Part shown: in pieces, positions 1 through 10,399 of the stretch | Layout: each line of letters opens with the position of its first letter | How positions within the stretch are numbered: position 1 is the first letter of the stretch | Origin: Nitrospinota bacterium | Lineage (GTDB): Bacteria; UBA8248 | Length of the DNA: 57,780 nt | Direction: 5' to 3' | NCBI GenBank assembly: GCA_036231405.1 | Contig: JAZAHK010000033.1 | Span: forward strand, 1 to 57,780 | Position numbers and translations under genes: made by a program | Notes under the pieces: generated by a model | What the model was told of the DNA's origin: nothing | Databases searched by the model: none | What the model saw: the letters and a program-made list of their open reading frames with translations, nothing else

Positions 1-1349
1 GCAGCAAGCTTGGCACCAAGAACACCACATACTCCGAATCCCATTGAGGCGAATCCCCACGACTGAAGCATGGTTTGTGGGTGATAGCTTTCAAAGAATT
101 GGATCACCCAGTTGTGATGCTCCCCAACATCACTGACAATAATTGCATCACGCGGAAGAACCTTACGCATATCTTTCAACAGCCTTTCTGGACGGATCGG
201 GACATCATTGGAGTTCGATTGGACTCGATTGAACTCTGTCCAGTCCTCTCTCCAATTTCTTATATCGTTTAACCATGAACTTGTTTTATTTTGGTTTCTC
301 TTAACTTCTAATTCAGCAATTCTGCAAAGTTCTCCAAGGAATAATTTAGCATCTGCTTGTATACCAAGTGTAGGTGGATAGTTCCTTCCAAGTTCCTCGG
401 GATCGATGTCAACGTGAATCAACTTTGCTGGTGGTATGTTGAAGGAATAACCTGGAATCCATGAACTGCTTTGACGATCGTCAAACTTTGCACCGACTGC
501 AAGAAGAACATCACAGGATCGACAAGATTCGTTTGCCATATAAGTTCCATTTCGGCCTATGACTCCAAGACTCAAAGAATCATCTTCAGGAATAATTCCC
601 TTACCGTTCGCAGTAGTGGCTATAGGAATTCCAAGTAGTGTAGAGAGTTTTTTCAGTTCGGGTCCTGCCTCAGAAATCATTGAGCCGTTTCCTGCTAAAA
701 TACAGGGTTTTTCAGTAGAAAGGATCATTTCAAGGGTTTTTTTAACTGAATTGGGATCTCCAGCCCCCCCAGAACGGATACCATTTCTCCATAGGTCTGG
801 TTCAGGAATCTCAACTTCTGTTTTCTCTGCAAAGCAGTTGAGTGGTACATCTATGCAAACTGGTCCAGGTCTTCCAGTGAGCATAGTATTGAAAGCCTGG
901 CGTAGTGCTACGGGAAGCATTTCAGCTCTGGTTGGCTGAAAAGCCTTTTTGACATAAGGACGAATAACATTTGGAAAATCTGCCTGGAAATGACGGCCAG
1001 TTTCCTGAAAAGGAGCCCGATTGAATTGTGAGGTAGGAACATTCCCTGTAATTGCTAGAACTGCAGAAGAATCCATCATAGCTGAAGCTAGGGCAGTCAA
1101 AAGGTTTGTTGATCCTGGTCCGCATGAGGTAAGTGTTGCCACAGGGGTATGAGCTACCCTGAAATAAGCATCAGCCATATGTCCTGCTGCCTGCTCATGT
1201 CGGACTGTCATTACTTTAATGTCGTCCTGGCGGTCATAAAAGCTATCCAAAAGTCCTATGTTCCCATGGCCACAAAGACCAAAGACGTATGGGATTTTTT
1301 CACGGATAAGGTATTCTGTAATGATGTCTGCCCCTCTCAAACTAACCAT
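1..1349 (-). CDS. Thiamine-pyrophosphate-binding enzyme (acetolactate synthase-like), runs off the left edge; not in ORF track
   Basis: Manual translation from ATG at 1349 (SD AAGGAGGT upstream) gives MVSLRGADIITEYLIREKIPYVFGLCGHGNIGLLDS; near the edge SDVGEHHNW...SWGFASMGFGVCGVLGAKLA, typical TPP-enzyme motifs. Confidence 0.9.
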   Translation of the reverse strand, partial: MVSLRGADIITEYLIREKIPYVFGLCGHGNIGLLDSFYDRQDDIKVMTVRHEQAAGHMADAYFRVAHTPVATLTSCGPGSTNLLTALASAMMDSSAVLAITGNVPTSQFNRAPFQETGRHFQADFPNVIRPYVKKAFQPTRAEMLPVALRQAFNTMLTGRPGPVCIDVPLNCFAEKTEVEIPEPDLWRNGIRSGGAGDPNSVKKTLEMILSTEKPCILAGNGSMISEAGPELKKLSTLLGIPIATTANGKGIIPEDDSLSLGVIGRNGTYMANESCRSCDVLLAVGAKFDDRQSSSWIPGYSFNIPPAKLIHVDIDPEELGRNYPPTLGIQADAKLFLGELCRIAELEVKRNQNKTSSWLNDIRNWREDWTEFNRVQSNSNDVPIRPERLLKDMRKVLPRDAIIVSDVGEHHNWVIQFFESYHPQTMLQSWGFASMGFGVCGVLGAKLA

Positions 1350-1607
1350 ACCACCTCCTTTTAAGTCTGTTTTATGAATTTATTGAGTCCTAATAAAAAA
1401 ATTTAAAAATTGGTTTATATCATAGCTGGAAAGCATATAAATTATAATAAACATATTAATGTACTAAGAGTTTTCATTAATAATACAGTCATTAATATTC
1501 TACTATATTAAAAAAGAAGATGACGACGAAATTAGATCAGAACTCTACTTCTTCATTGTGTTATACTCAGTCGTTAGAAGAATGAAAACCTTTAAACAAG
1601 AAATTAA

Positions 1608-2084
1608 ATGATCACCTTAAAAGCACCTTTAGAAATTGGCTTATGTGTATGTGCTCCCGAAATGATGATTGGGTTTTACCGTGACGTTCTTGGGTTTGAA
1701 TTGATCAGTGACCTCAAGGTATCTCTGGAAAAAAGCAGACCGACTGGTTTTACCAAGGATGGTTACAGGATAATCCGCTTTCAAACGAACCATGGTGAAC
1801 GAATCAAACTCGTTCATCCTTATTCAATTCCAAAAAAAAGAACCTTCGAAGAGGAAGTACTCTCTCACAGAGGAAATGTTTTTATGACCTTTATTGTAGA
1901 GGATCTTAAGTCGACTTTAAAAAAGATCCGGTCAAAAGTAACCATCTTTAGGACTGAAGGGGAAATAGTTGAAGTTCGTAAAGGAGTATATTTATCTATT
2001 ATTGATGATCCGGAAGGGAATCACATAGAATTAGTTGAATACCTCAACCTTGAAGAATACCGATCTGATCTGAAACTAGCCTAA
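1608..2084 (+). CDS. VOC/glyoxalase family protein
   Basis: FYRDVLGF and DPEGNHIELVE motifs. Confidence 0.85.
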   Translation: MITLKAPLEIGLCVCAPEMMIGFYRDVLGFELISDLKVSLEKSRPTGFTKDGYRIIRFQTNHGERIKLVHPYSIPKKRTFEEEVLSHRGNVFMTFIVEDLKSTLKKIRSKVTIFRTEGEIVEVRKGVYLSIIDDPEGNHIELVEYLNLEEYRSDLKLA

Positions 2085-2152
2085 AATTTTTCTATTTAAG
2101 TAAAACACTTTAATGCGATATCTAAATTCTACAAAATACGAAATATCGTAAA

Positions 2153-2551
2153 TTACATATGCAAAACTACCATGCCTTTTTCTAAGGTTACTTTATATGT
2201 CTCAATTATAGGTTCTTCTTCTTTCTCAACTGTTACAGGATATGTTTTAACTTTTAATTTATGAGGATTAAATACAGATTTTCCGGTCCTTATATCAAAT
2301 TCCCAACGATGCCATGGGCAAACTAAAATTTCACCATCTCTTTCATAATTATATTCTTGTGGTTTCTGTGAAGTCATCATTCCACGCACTGGACCCAAAC
2401 ATAAAGGTGCTCCTTGATGTGGACAACTATTTCGTAAAGCATAAAAATCACCGTCTATATTAAAAATCCCTATGTTTCTTCCTTCCACCTTAACAATCTT
2501 TCTTGTTCCTGAAGGAAATTCATTAAGTTTTGTAATTACATGAGATCCCAA
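2153..2551 (-). CDS. Rieske [2Fe-2S] ferredoxin
   Basis: CPHQGAPL and CPWH Rieske motifs; TTG start. Confidence 0.9.
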   Translation of the reverse strand: MGSHVITKLNEFPSGTRKIVKVEGRNIGIFNIDGDFYALRNSCPHQGAPLCLGPVRGMMTSQKPQEYNYERDGEILVCPWHRWEFDIRTGKSVFNPHKLKVKTYPVTVEKEEEPIIETYKVTLEKGMVVLHM

Positions 2552-2592
2552 AGTTTTACCTTTTTAATTCTTGAAAACTAACAATCACTAAC

Positions 2593-3660
2593 TTAAATAT
2601 CTTTTAAAAGAGGCATAACTTCTTTCCCAAAATTAACTGCCTCTTCAAGATGTGGCCAACCATTCATAATAAACCTTGAAACTCCTGCATCCACATATTC
2701 TCTAATCTGTCTAGCTACCATCTCTGGTGTGCCAACAATCATGGTCCCTGCACCTTGCCTAACAGAATTCACTCCCATATATATTGATTCTTTTAACCAG
2801 GGACCTTTTTTTGATGCTAATTCACTTACTCTACTTTGAGTAATAGATTCTGCAGCTCTAACTTTTGCCCCCCAATTCTGATCTTTCTTAACAATACTTT
2901 TTTCAACAATTTGCTCGGCGGCTTTTCTTGCTTCTTTTTTTGTCTCTCTAACACAAACAAGATGTCTAATACAAAAACTTAGTTTTGTTTTTCGTTCAAA
3001 ATGCGAAGCTAAATGTGTAACTTCTTCAATATCTCTAGCAATCACTTCTGGTTCCACCGCATGTACTACATGTACATCCCCAAATCGAGCAGCTGCTCTT
3101 TTCGCCCCTTCAGATGCTCCAGCCATAAAAAATTCTGGCATTTTTTTACTACTTATTGAAGGAAAAAAATTTGCATCCTCGACACAAAAGAACTTCCCTT
3201 GGAAATTCAAAGGAGATTCTTTTGTCAATAAATCAATTGCTATTTCCATAAACTCCTCATTCACCTTATATCTTAGGTCATGTTCTAAATGATATCCATA
3301 CCTTCTTAAATCCGGGGAATTTGAACCTGCCACAATATTTAATGAAATTCTTCCTTCGTTTAAATAATAAAAACTACTGATTTGCTGCGCTGCATATGTT
3401 GGGCCAACAAGACCAGGGCGAAATGCAATTAAAAACTTTATTTTTTTTGTTAGATTTGCAATAGATGAAGACAAGGTCCAAGGATCCACGCAGTGAGTTC
3501 CTGTTGGAACAAGGATATTACAAAAGCCAGCATCTTCTGCGGCCTTTGTTACACTCGTTAAATATTCTAAAGAAGGAATCCTTTCAGGAGATGATTGTAT
3601 AACTGCACTACCATCACCTGCTCTTGTTGAGCACAGTGCCCAATTAAACTCAACCGGCAT
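2593..3660 (-). CDS. LLM-class flavin-dependent monooxygenase (SsuD/alkanesulfonate monooxygenase-like)
   Basis: AEDAGF..ILVPTG, FLIAFRPG, GRISLNIVAG, VGTPEMVA, GWPHLEEA. Confidence 0.85.
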   Translation of the reverse strand: MPVEFNWALCSTRAGDGSAVIQSSPERIPSLEYLTSVTKAAEDAGFCNILVPTGTHCVDPWTLSSSIANLTKKIKFLIAFRPGLVGPTYAAQQISSFYYLNEGRISLNIVAGSNSPDLRRYGYHLEHDLRYKVNEEFMEIAIDLLTKESPLNFQGKFFCVEDANFFPSISSKKMPEFFMAGASEGAKRAAARFGDVHVVHAVEPEVIARDIEEVTHLASHFERKTKLSFCIRHLVCVRETKKEARKAAEQIVEKSIVKKDQNWGAKVRAAESITQSRVSELASKKGPWLKESIYMGVNSVRQGAGTMIVGTPEMVARQIREYVDAGVSRFIMNGWPHLEEAVNFGKEVMPLLKDI

Positions 3661-3698
3661 ATTCTATCTCTATAAAATTTAACTTCAAATGGTAAATT

Positions 3699-4049
3699 TT
3701 AATCCATTGTAGCTGTAGATGGTGGCCAATCATCTGATATATTCTTAAAAGAAAGATAAACCATTTCTTCAGAACCAGTATTTTTAAATTCGTGTTCAGT
3801 CCCTACAGGCACATGAATTATATCTCCTGCAGAAACGTTTTTCTCTTCATCACCAACTCTGAACCAAGCCGTCCCAGAAACAATATTAATTAATTGTTCA
3901 CACCCATGGATATGTGGACGAGCTAATTTCCCCGGCTGGCTAACGGAACGGTTTAAAGTAATATTGTCCCCTATAATTATACTGCCTTCCGAATCTGAAG
4001 GTTTCGCTAAATTTTTTTTATTCATTTCCCCCCAACGATAAAATGGCAT
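3699..4049 (-). CDS. Cupin domain protein
   Basis: PHIHGCEQ and GDIIHVPVGTEH cupin motifs. Confidence 0.85.
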   Translation of the reverse strand: MPFYRWGEMNKKNLAKPSDSEGSIIIGDNITLNRSVSQPGKLARPHIHGCEQLINIVSGTAWFRVGDEEKNVSAGDIIHVPVGTEHEFKNTGSEEMVYLSFKNISDDWPPSTATMD

Positions 4050-4105
4050 ACCCTACTCCTTTTCTTTAAGATTTCAATTTTACCCAAGTTTTGCAAAATC
4101 AATTG

Positions 4106-4134
4106 TTGACGTAACTCTACCACAATCATAATAT
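4106..4134 (+). promoter_or_regulatory. Putative sigma70 promoter for the TAXI-TRAP operon
   Basis: TTGACG-N17-TAATAT about 120 bp upstream of the TAXI gene. Confidence 0.4.
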
Positions 4135-4251
4135 GTGGGAATCGTTTCTACATTATAAATTTAAATATCAGACTTTTTTTAATCGTTTGATAGCAGCAGA
4201 TTTTTTTACTTAATAGATTCATTTTTTTAATTTTTTAATGGAGGAGAAACT

Positions 4252-5244
4252 GTGTTCTCGAAAAAAACTGTATTCATCGCGATACTAAGCTTTATGATAG
4301 TTTCTGCACCTACTTTCTTTGCAAACGAGGCTTTAAGTGCAGGCAAACAATATGATCTCGCTGTTGGTAGTCTCAGAGGTACTATGGGTAGACTAGGCGC
4401 CGGATTGTCAAACGTCATTAATAAAAAGTCGAAAGACTTTGGTCTTAGTGTGGCCCCTGGTGGAGGAAGAGCTAACCCTGCAAGGATTGGTGGGGGCGGA
4501 GCTGACTTTGGATACTCATTTTCTAATTTCAGCGCGAATGCTTTAGCAGGAAAAGCTCCATATAAGAAAGCATATCCGAACCTAAGAGGAATCGCTAAGT
4601 TTTGGGATTCTTGTTACCACCAATATGTAGCAAAAGAAGTTTATGATGCAGGAATCACAAGTTGGAGAAAAATTATAGAATCGAAAAAACCTCTTAAACT
4701 TGCACCTGCAAAGAAGGGAACGAGCTCTGAATATATTGCCAGTCAGATAGTAAAACATTACGGAACTAGCTACAAAGAACTTACAAAGCGTGGGTACAAG
4801 TTAACATTCCCAGGTGCTGGCGGAATGTCACGTGCAATCCGTGCTCGTCAAATTGATTTCTATTTCCACAACTCAGGCGATCCTAATGGTGCAGGAATCC
4901 AAGCAGCGCAAGGAAGAAACCTTGTTTTTTTAAAAATGGATAATGACGTGAAAAAAATGCTTGCTGACAAAAATTTCAAACCTTGCGCTATCCCTGGTGG
5001 GATTTATAAAGGAAACCCAAAACCAACATATTCAATGGGTCTTTCTGGCGTACTTTTAACAACAACAAAAATGGATGCAAAAACAGTTTATTCTCTTCTG
5101 AAGATCATGAGCGCAAATTTAAAAACATTAGGAAGCGTTCATAAAATATATAAAAAATGGAAACCTAGTGTTGGTGCAGGACACATGGGAGTTCCAATGC
5201 ACCCAGGTGCAAAAAGGTTTTATAAAGAAGCAGGCGCACTGTAA
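4252..5244 (+). CDS. TAXI family TRAP transporter solute-binding subunit
   Basis: Signal peptide, GGGRAN, IPGGIY, C-terminal VPMHPGAKRFYKE; SD GGAGGAG; precedes a fused TRAP permease. Confidence 0.9.
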   Translation: MFSKKTVFIAILSFMIVSAPTFFANEALSAGKQYDLAVGSLRGTMGRLGAGLSNVINKKSKDFGLSVAPGGGRANPARIGGGGADFGYSFSNFSANALAGKAPYKKAYPNLRGIAKFWDSCYHQYVAKEVYDAGITSWRKIIESKKPLKLAPAKKGTSSEYIASQIVKHYGTSYKELTKRGYKLTFPGAGGMSRAIRARQIDFYFHNSGDPNGAGIQAAQGRNLVFLKMDNDVKKMLADKNFKPCAIPGGIYKGNPKPTYSMGLSGVLLTTTKMDAKTVYSLLKIMSANLKTLGSVHKIYKKWKPSVGAGHMGVPMHPGAKRFYKEAGAL

Positions 5245-5290
5245 ACCAAGCTAAAAAATAGCTTTGTTAGATTTATAGAAATAGGAAATA

Positions 5291-7312
5291 ATGGAAGATA
5301 TTTGGGGAAAATTAAGAAAAAGAAGTCCTCTTGAACACGTGATTTTTGTTATAGCAGTATTGATGTCCATTTTCCATGTTCAAGTGGCCTATAGTGGTGG
5401 TTATGAGCCTATCTATCAAAGGGCTCTATCTTACCTTTTCGGGATGACTTTAATTTTCCTAACCTTCCCCATTGGAAAATCTGAGAAGGGAGAGTCAGGT
5501 TCGGTTTTTAACCGACCAACTTCTCCCTTCTTTTACATTTCTGTTGCTCTACTAGTCCTGGTCATACTTTCCATCGGATACCCACTCCTTTATACGGAAT
5601 ACTTTCTCGGTATCGACAAAGCTGAAAGAATCTATTACGTCACTCCTCTTACTCTTACAGATATGTTTCTCGGGACTGTCGTCCTTTTGTTAACACTCGA
5701 AGCAGCAAGAAAAACTATTAATAATGCACTTCCGCTAATAGGACTTTTCTTTTTAGTTTATTCGTACTTTGGTCCTTATTTCCCCTGGTGGTTTGGTCAT
5801 AAAGGGGCTTCATTCATGCATATCATAGATCATCAGTACATGACCTATGATGGCCTTTGGACTGCTCCTTTAAGTGTTTTCTCTGTGTACATTTTTCTAT
5901 TCATTCTTTTCGGTGCCTTTTTAGATCGAATGGGTGCCGCAACATTTTATGTCGAACTGTCCACCGCAGCGGCAGGACGTTTAAGGGGAGGACCAGCAAA
6001 ATCAGCTATTTTCGCGAGTGCAATGACAGGAACTATAATGGGAAGTGCGAACGCAAATATAGTAACAACGGGTTCTTTCACCATCCCTATGATGAAAAAA
6101 ACTGGATTCAAACCTGAAATTGCAGCGGCTATTGAAACTGCGGCATCAACCGGCGGGCAGATTATGCCCCCTGTTATGGGAGCTTCAGCGTTCCTGATTG
6201 TTGAATTCACAGGGATTCCTTATTGGGATATTGTAAAGGTTTCGATACTACCCGCTATTCTTTACTTTTATTCTGTGTATGCAATCGTTCATTTAGAAGC
6301 TAGGAAAGCAGGACTTGTCCCGCTTAGCAAAGATCAAACTGAACCAGTATGGCCAATCCTTAAAAAAGGCTGGTATTTTCTTCTGCCTCCTATTGTTATT
6401 ATCGCTGTTTTAATGACTGGAAGACCTGTTCCCTACGCAGGTTTAGCAGGTATTCTATGCGTTATTATTCTAGCAGGCCTCAAAGGAGCAGCTGAGCTTA
6501 TTAGAAAAAAAGCTTCTATCGAACAAACTTTCAAAACTATCTTGTATGGGTTTTGGAATATTGTAGAAGCAATGGCGCAAGGGGCAAGACAATCACTAGC
6601 AATATGTGCTGCAGTTGGTGTTGTAGGAATAATTATTGGTGCCCTCTTCCAAACTGGCCTCGGTCTTAAATTCTCAGAAATTGTTACCGCACTTTCATAT
6701 GGATATCTTTTTCCTGGAATTATTCTCGTTGGAATCGCTTCTTTTGTTTTGGGAATGGGGCTACCAACAAGCGCAGCATATATAGTTCTTTCAGTGGTTG
6801 CCGTACCTGCTTTACTTGATCTTGGAGAAAGTTATGGAATGACTCTTTTAGCAGCTCATTTGATAGTGTTTTGGTATAGTCTCGATAGTTGCTTCACTCC
6901 CCCGGTTTGTGTTCCTGCCTATACTGCTGCCGGAATCGCCGATGCAAATCCAAGTAAAGCTGCATGGGCTTCATTTAGAACAGCGAAAGGAATGTACGTG
7001 ATTCCATTTATGTTTGCTTACACTCCCATTCTTTTACTTTCAAAACCACTTCCGCTTTTTGAAACATTTACTGCTGCCTTGTTTGGCTTTACAAGTCTTG
7101 CAGCAGCAATTGTTGGACACATGTATCTTAAGTTGAGTTGGCCAGAAAGAATTTTCTTAATTTTTGCTGCAGCATTATTGTTTTGGCCTACAATAACAAT
7201 ATTTGGAATTCACCTTCCTTCGCTAGGTTTGCATCTTGCAGGATTGCTTCTTCTTGCAAGCTTTTTCTTCTTTCAAAGAAATACGTTTTCAAAACTAAAC
7301 AAACCAGTTTGA
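5291..7312 (+). CDS. TRAP transporter 4TM/12TM fused permease
   Basis: GRLRGGPAK, TGSFTIPMMK, ASTGGQIMPPVMGA, LGMGLPTSAAY. Confidence 0.93.
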   Translation: MEDIWGKLRKRSPLEHVIFVIAVLMSIFHVQVAYSGGYEPIYQRALSYLFGMTLIFLTFPIGKSEKGESGSVFNRPTSPFFYISVALLVLVILSIGYPLLYTEYFLGIDKAERIYYVTPLTLTDMFLGTVVLLLTLEAARKTINNALPLIGLFFLVYSYFGPYFPWWFGHKGASFMHIIDHQYMTYDGLWTAPLSVFSVYIFLFILFGAFLDRMGAATFYVELSTAAAGRLRGGPAKSAIFASAMTGTIMGSANANIVTTGSFTIPMMKKTGFKPEIAAAIETAASTGGQIMPPVMGASAFLIVEFTGIPYWDIVKVSILPAILYFYSVYAIVHLEARKAGLVPLSKDQTEPVWPILKKGWYFLLPPIVIIAVLMTGRPVPYAGLAGILCVIILAGLKGAAELIRKKASIEQTFKTILYGFWNIVEAMAQGARQSLAICAAVGVVGIIIGALFQTGLGLKFSEIVTALSYGYLFPGIILVGIASFVLGMGLPTSAAYIVLSVVAVPALLDLGESYGMTLLAAHLIVFWYSLDSCFTPPVCVPAYTAAGIADANPSKAAWASFRTAKGMYVIPFMFAYTPILLLSKPLPLFETFTAALFGFTSLAAAIVGHMYLKLSWPERIFLIFAAALLFWPTITIFGIHLPSLGLHLAGLLLLASFFFFQRNTFSKLNKPV

Positions 7313-7344
7313 ATAGCTAAAACTGCTAATTATATAATAGAGTC

Positions 7345-8898
7345 TCACACACGGTATCGTCTCTGAGATTTGATACCAAGTTTCTTCATACGACTAAAAA
7401 GAGTGGTAGGTTTCATCCCAAGGATTCTTGCAGCACCTCTATCTCCTGCAACTATACCCCTTGTCTTTTCAAGAACCTTTATAATGTACCTTCGTTCCAT
7501 CTCGTCAAGAGGACAAAATGTATCACCATCGGTCGCAATATCAGTATGATGTTCCCCAATCATTTGTTTGTCAAAACGAAGTATATCTCCTCTACCAAGA
7601 ACAAGACCTCTTTCTACCACATTTTCAAGTTCTCGAATGTTCCCTGGCCAATCATAAAACATCAAACGTTCAAGAGCTTTTTTACCAACCTCTTTTACAT
7701 TTCTATTCAACCTTTTCCCATGTTTGTTAATAAAATGCTTAATCAACATTGGAATATCTTCCTTGCGTTCTCTAAGAGGAGGTACCTCTATAGGAATAAC
7801 ATTAAGTCTGAAGTACAAATCGCTTCTATATTTCCCTTTACTTACCTCTTCTTCTAGATTTCTATTCGTAGCAGCAATAATCCTTGTATCTATCTTAATA
7901 GTTTTATTGCCACCTACTCTTTCAAATTCTCTTTCTTGCAAAACTCGAAGGATCTTTACCTGTGCTTCTGTAGAAATTTCACCAATTTCATCCAAGAAAA
8001 TAGTCCCATTATGAGCAAGTTCAAAACGACCAACCTTCTGTCCAATTGCTCCTGTAAACGATCCTTTTTCATGTCCAAAAAGTTCACTTAATAAAAGGGT
8101 TTCCTGTAAAGCAGCACAGTTCACCTTTACTAATGCGCGATCTTTCCGAGAACTTAAATTATGAATAGCACGTGCAATTAACTCTTTTCCAGTACCTGTT
8201 TCTCCATAAATCAAAACAGACACTTCACTTTCTGCAACTTTGCTAATCAAATCTTTAACACGTCCAATTGCATTACTGTCCCCAATCAATTCTTCAAAAT
8301 TATGAATTTCTCTAAGTTCTGTTCTTAAAGATAGGGTTTCATTTTTCAGTTCTTCACGATTAGCTTCCAACTCCGCGAATGTTCTTGCATTGGAAACTGC
8401 TATTGAAACAGAAGGGGCAAGTTCCGCAAGAAATTCCGCCATTTCTGAAGTGTAAGAATTGGGAGAAAAACTGCCTACCGTCAAATTTCCAAAAATTCTT
8501 TTCCCAAATTCAAGAGGGACTCTTATCCCGCTTCTAATCCCTCTTTTAAGAACAATTTCATCCTCTCCAAAACGAAGTTTTTTTTGCAAATCCTCATACA
8601 CAACATACCGAACATTTTCTTGATGTTTTTTAAACCAACCAAGAGTAGCCCCTTCTATGGGGATGTCGCTGTGAGGATAGCTTAAAGTTTCACTTCCAGA
8701 TGTGATATTAGTCCATGTACATGTCTTTTCGTCAGGGTTTTCTAAAACCAAGGCAGATTGATCAAGCTGAAAAATCTCTTTAAGTTCTATTGCTAAACGA
8801 CCCAAGACAACATCCAAGTCCAAGCTTGAATTTAAAATATGGCCTACCTTCTGAACAACACCATAACGTTCACTGGCAGTAAGAGTATGAATCACCAA
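7345..8898 (-). CDS. GAF-domain sigma54-dependent Fis-family activator (FhlA-like)
   Basis: N-terminal GAF, GETGTGKE, GSFTGA, FLDEIGE, WPGNIRELEN, C-terminal HTH GAARILG. Confidence 0.92.
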   Translation of the reverse strand: MVIHTLTASERYGVVQKVGHILNSSLDLDVVLGRLAIELKEIFQLDQSALVLENPDEKTCTWTNITSGSETLSYPHSDIPIEGATLGWFKKHQENVRYVVYEDLQKKLRFGEDEIVLKRGIRSGIRVPLEFGKRIFGNLTVGSFSPNSYTSEMAEFLAELAPSVSIAVSNARTFAELEANREELKNETLSLRTELREIHNFEELIGDSNAIGRVKDLISKVAESEVSVLIYGETGTGKELIARAIHNLSSRKDRALVKVNCAALQETLLLSELFGHEKGSFTGAIGQKVGRFELAHNGTIFLDEIGEISTEAQVKILRVLQEREFERVGGNKTIKIDTRIIAATNRNLEEEVSKGKYRSDLYFRLNVIPIEVPPLRERKEDIPMLIKHFINKHGKRLNRNVKEVGKKALERLMFYDWPGNIRELENVVERGLVLGRGDILRFDKQMIGEHHTDIATDGDTFCPLDEMERRYIIKVLEKTRGIVAGDRGAARILGMKPTTLFSRMKKLGIKSQRRYRV

Positions 8899-8979
8899 GC
8901 TCGTATGCTCCTTTTAGCTTGTATTAAAGAACTCATTCAATAATAATTTGTAGCAATTCACTTTTATTTTGTATCAACA

Positions 8980-10221
8980 ATGCTTTGTATGCTACTTTTA
9001 TTTTTGAAACAACTCTATAATTTTAAAACAGAGGATATGAGGTTGCCAGAAAAAGAAAATTCATTGTCATTATATTTTCACATTCCTTTCTGCACTGCAA
9101 AATGCGGATATTGCGATTTTAATTCTTATGCATTAGAAACTCTTATTGATAAAAATCAAATACAAAAAACAAGTTGGGCCTCAGAATATACAGATGCATT
9201 AATTAGAGAAATCAAAACCAGAGCAAAAGAATTACAACTAAAAGGAATAAAAGTAGAATCTGTTTTTTTTGGAGGAGGAACCCCGTCATTATTTCCCCCT
9301 GAAGAAATCGAAAGAATTTTAACTACGGTAAAGATATATTTTAATCTCTCTCCTAATATAGAAATCTCTCTAGAAGCAAATCCAAACTCTTCTGACTATA
9401 GATTATTTAAAAAATTAAATGCTGCTAAAATTAATCGTATAAGCTTTGGTGTTCAATCATTTAATAACAAACTTCTTAAAAATCTCGATAGATTACATTC
9501 TGGGTCAGAAGCAAAAGATGCTTTTTTTTCAGCAAGAGAAGCGGGGTTTAAGAACATTTCTATCGATTTGATGTTCGGAATTCCTTTCCAAACTAAACGA
9601 ATTGCCTATTCAGACATACAAACTGCTATTAATTTGGACCCAGAGCATATCTCTGCCTATGAACTCACTATCGAACCAGGAACATCTTTCCATGCTCTTC
9701 ACTTGAAAGGTGAATTAGAAGGATTGGCAAACGAAAAGTTAAGCTTGGAGATGTGGGAAATGCGAGACAAACTTCTTCAAGATGCCGGATATGAACAATA
9801 TGAGATAAGTAATTTCTCAAAACCAGAATTTTTTTGTAAACACAATTTAAACTATTGGAATAGAGGAGATTATTTAGGAATAGGAGCAGGGGCACATTCC
9901 CTTATAGATAATAAACGTTTTTGGAATCATCTTCGTCCTGATACCTATATAAAAAATTCTCAATCTCCTACCGCAGGTGAAGAAAAAATGGAGGACAAGG
10001 TAAAGATCTTAGGAGAATCTTTAATGCTCGGACTTCGACTAAAGGATGGAATTTCATTGCGTAAATTAAAGCGGAAAACAGGGCTTGATAGTGAAGATCT
10101 GTTTCAAGATAATTTTCAAGATTTTTATAAAAAGAAACTATTAATTAAGGATAGAGGCAAATTAAAATTAACAAAAAAAGGGATGCTTTTATCTAATCAA
10201 ATTTTTTCTTGCTTACTATAA
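8980..10221 (+). CDS. hemW: Radical SAM heme chaperone HemW; true start probably 9037 or 9043
   Basis: YFHIPFCTAKCGYCDF, GGGTPS, YEISNF, HNLNYW, YLGIGAGAHS. Confidence 0.9.
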   Translation: MLCMLLLFLKQLYNFKTEDMRLPEKENSLSLYFHIPFCTAKCGYCDFNSYALETLIDKNQIQKTSWASEYTDALIREIKTRAKELQLKGIKVESVFFGGGTPSLFPPEEIERILTTVKIYFNLSPNIEISLEANPNSSDYRLFKKLNAAKINRISFGVQSFNNKLLKNLDRLHSGSEAKDAFFSAREAGFKNISIDLMFGIPFQTKRIAYSDIQTAINLDPEHISAYELTIEPGTSFHALHLKGELEGLANEKLSLEMWEMRDKLLQDAGYEQYEISNFSKPEFFCKHNLNYWNRGDYLGIGAGAHSLIDNKRFWNHLRPDTYIKNSQSPTAGEEKMEDKVKILGESLMLGLRLKDGISLRKLKRKTGLDSEDLFQDNFQDFYKKKLLIKDRGKLKLTKKGMLLSNQIFSCLL

Positions 10222-10399
10222 TTCTACCTTTTATGCATTTCACTCTGATTTATTAACAGATAATACCATCGCAGAAAGCATTTATAAAATGCGTTAGTAA
10301 AATGCTCATTTATAATTATTTAAAAAATAAAAAACAGTACTTAAAAATTAAACCATAGTGTAAACTTTTTAAAGATGAAAACTAAAGCAAAGGGGAGTT

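Noticed and set aside
75-1364. ORF-track entries 75..272, 559..939, 922..1125 and 1149..1364
   Set aside because: Shadow or alternate-frame ORFs over the minus-strand TPP enzyme gene
4120-4138. CCACA-N9-TGTGG, similar to CCACA-N12-TGTGG at 35109-35130, as a shared operator of two transporter loci
   Set aside because: Short arms and different spacers; could arise by chance
10277-10306. GCATTT/AAATGC hairpin between hemW and yicC
   Set aside because: Weak AT-rich stem; no support for a terminator or ncRNA
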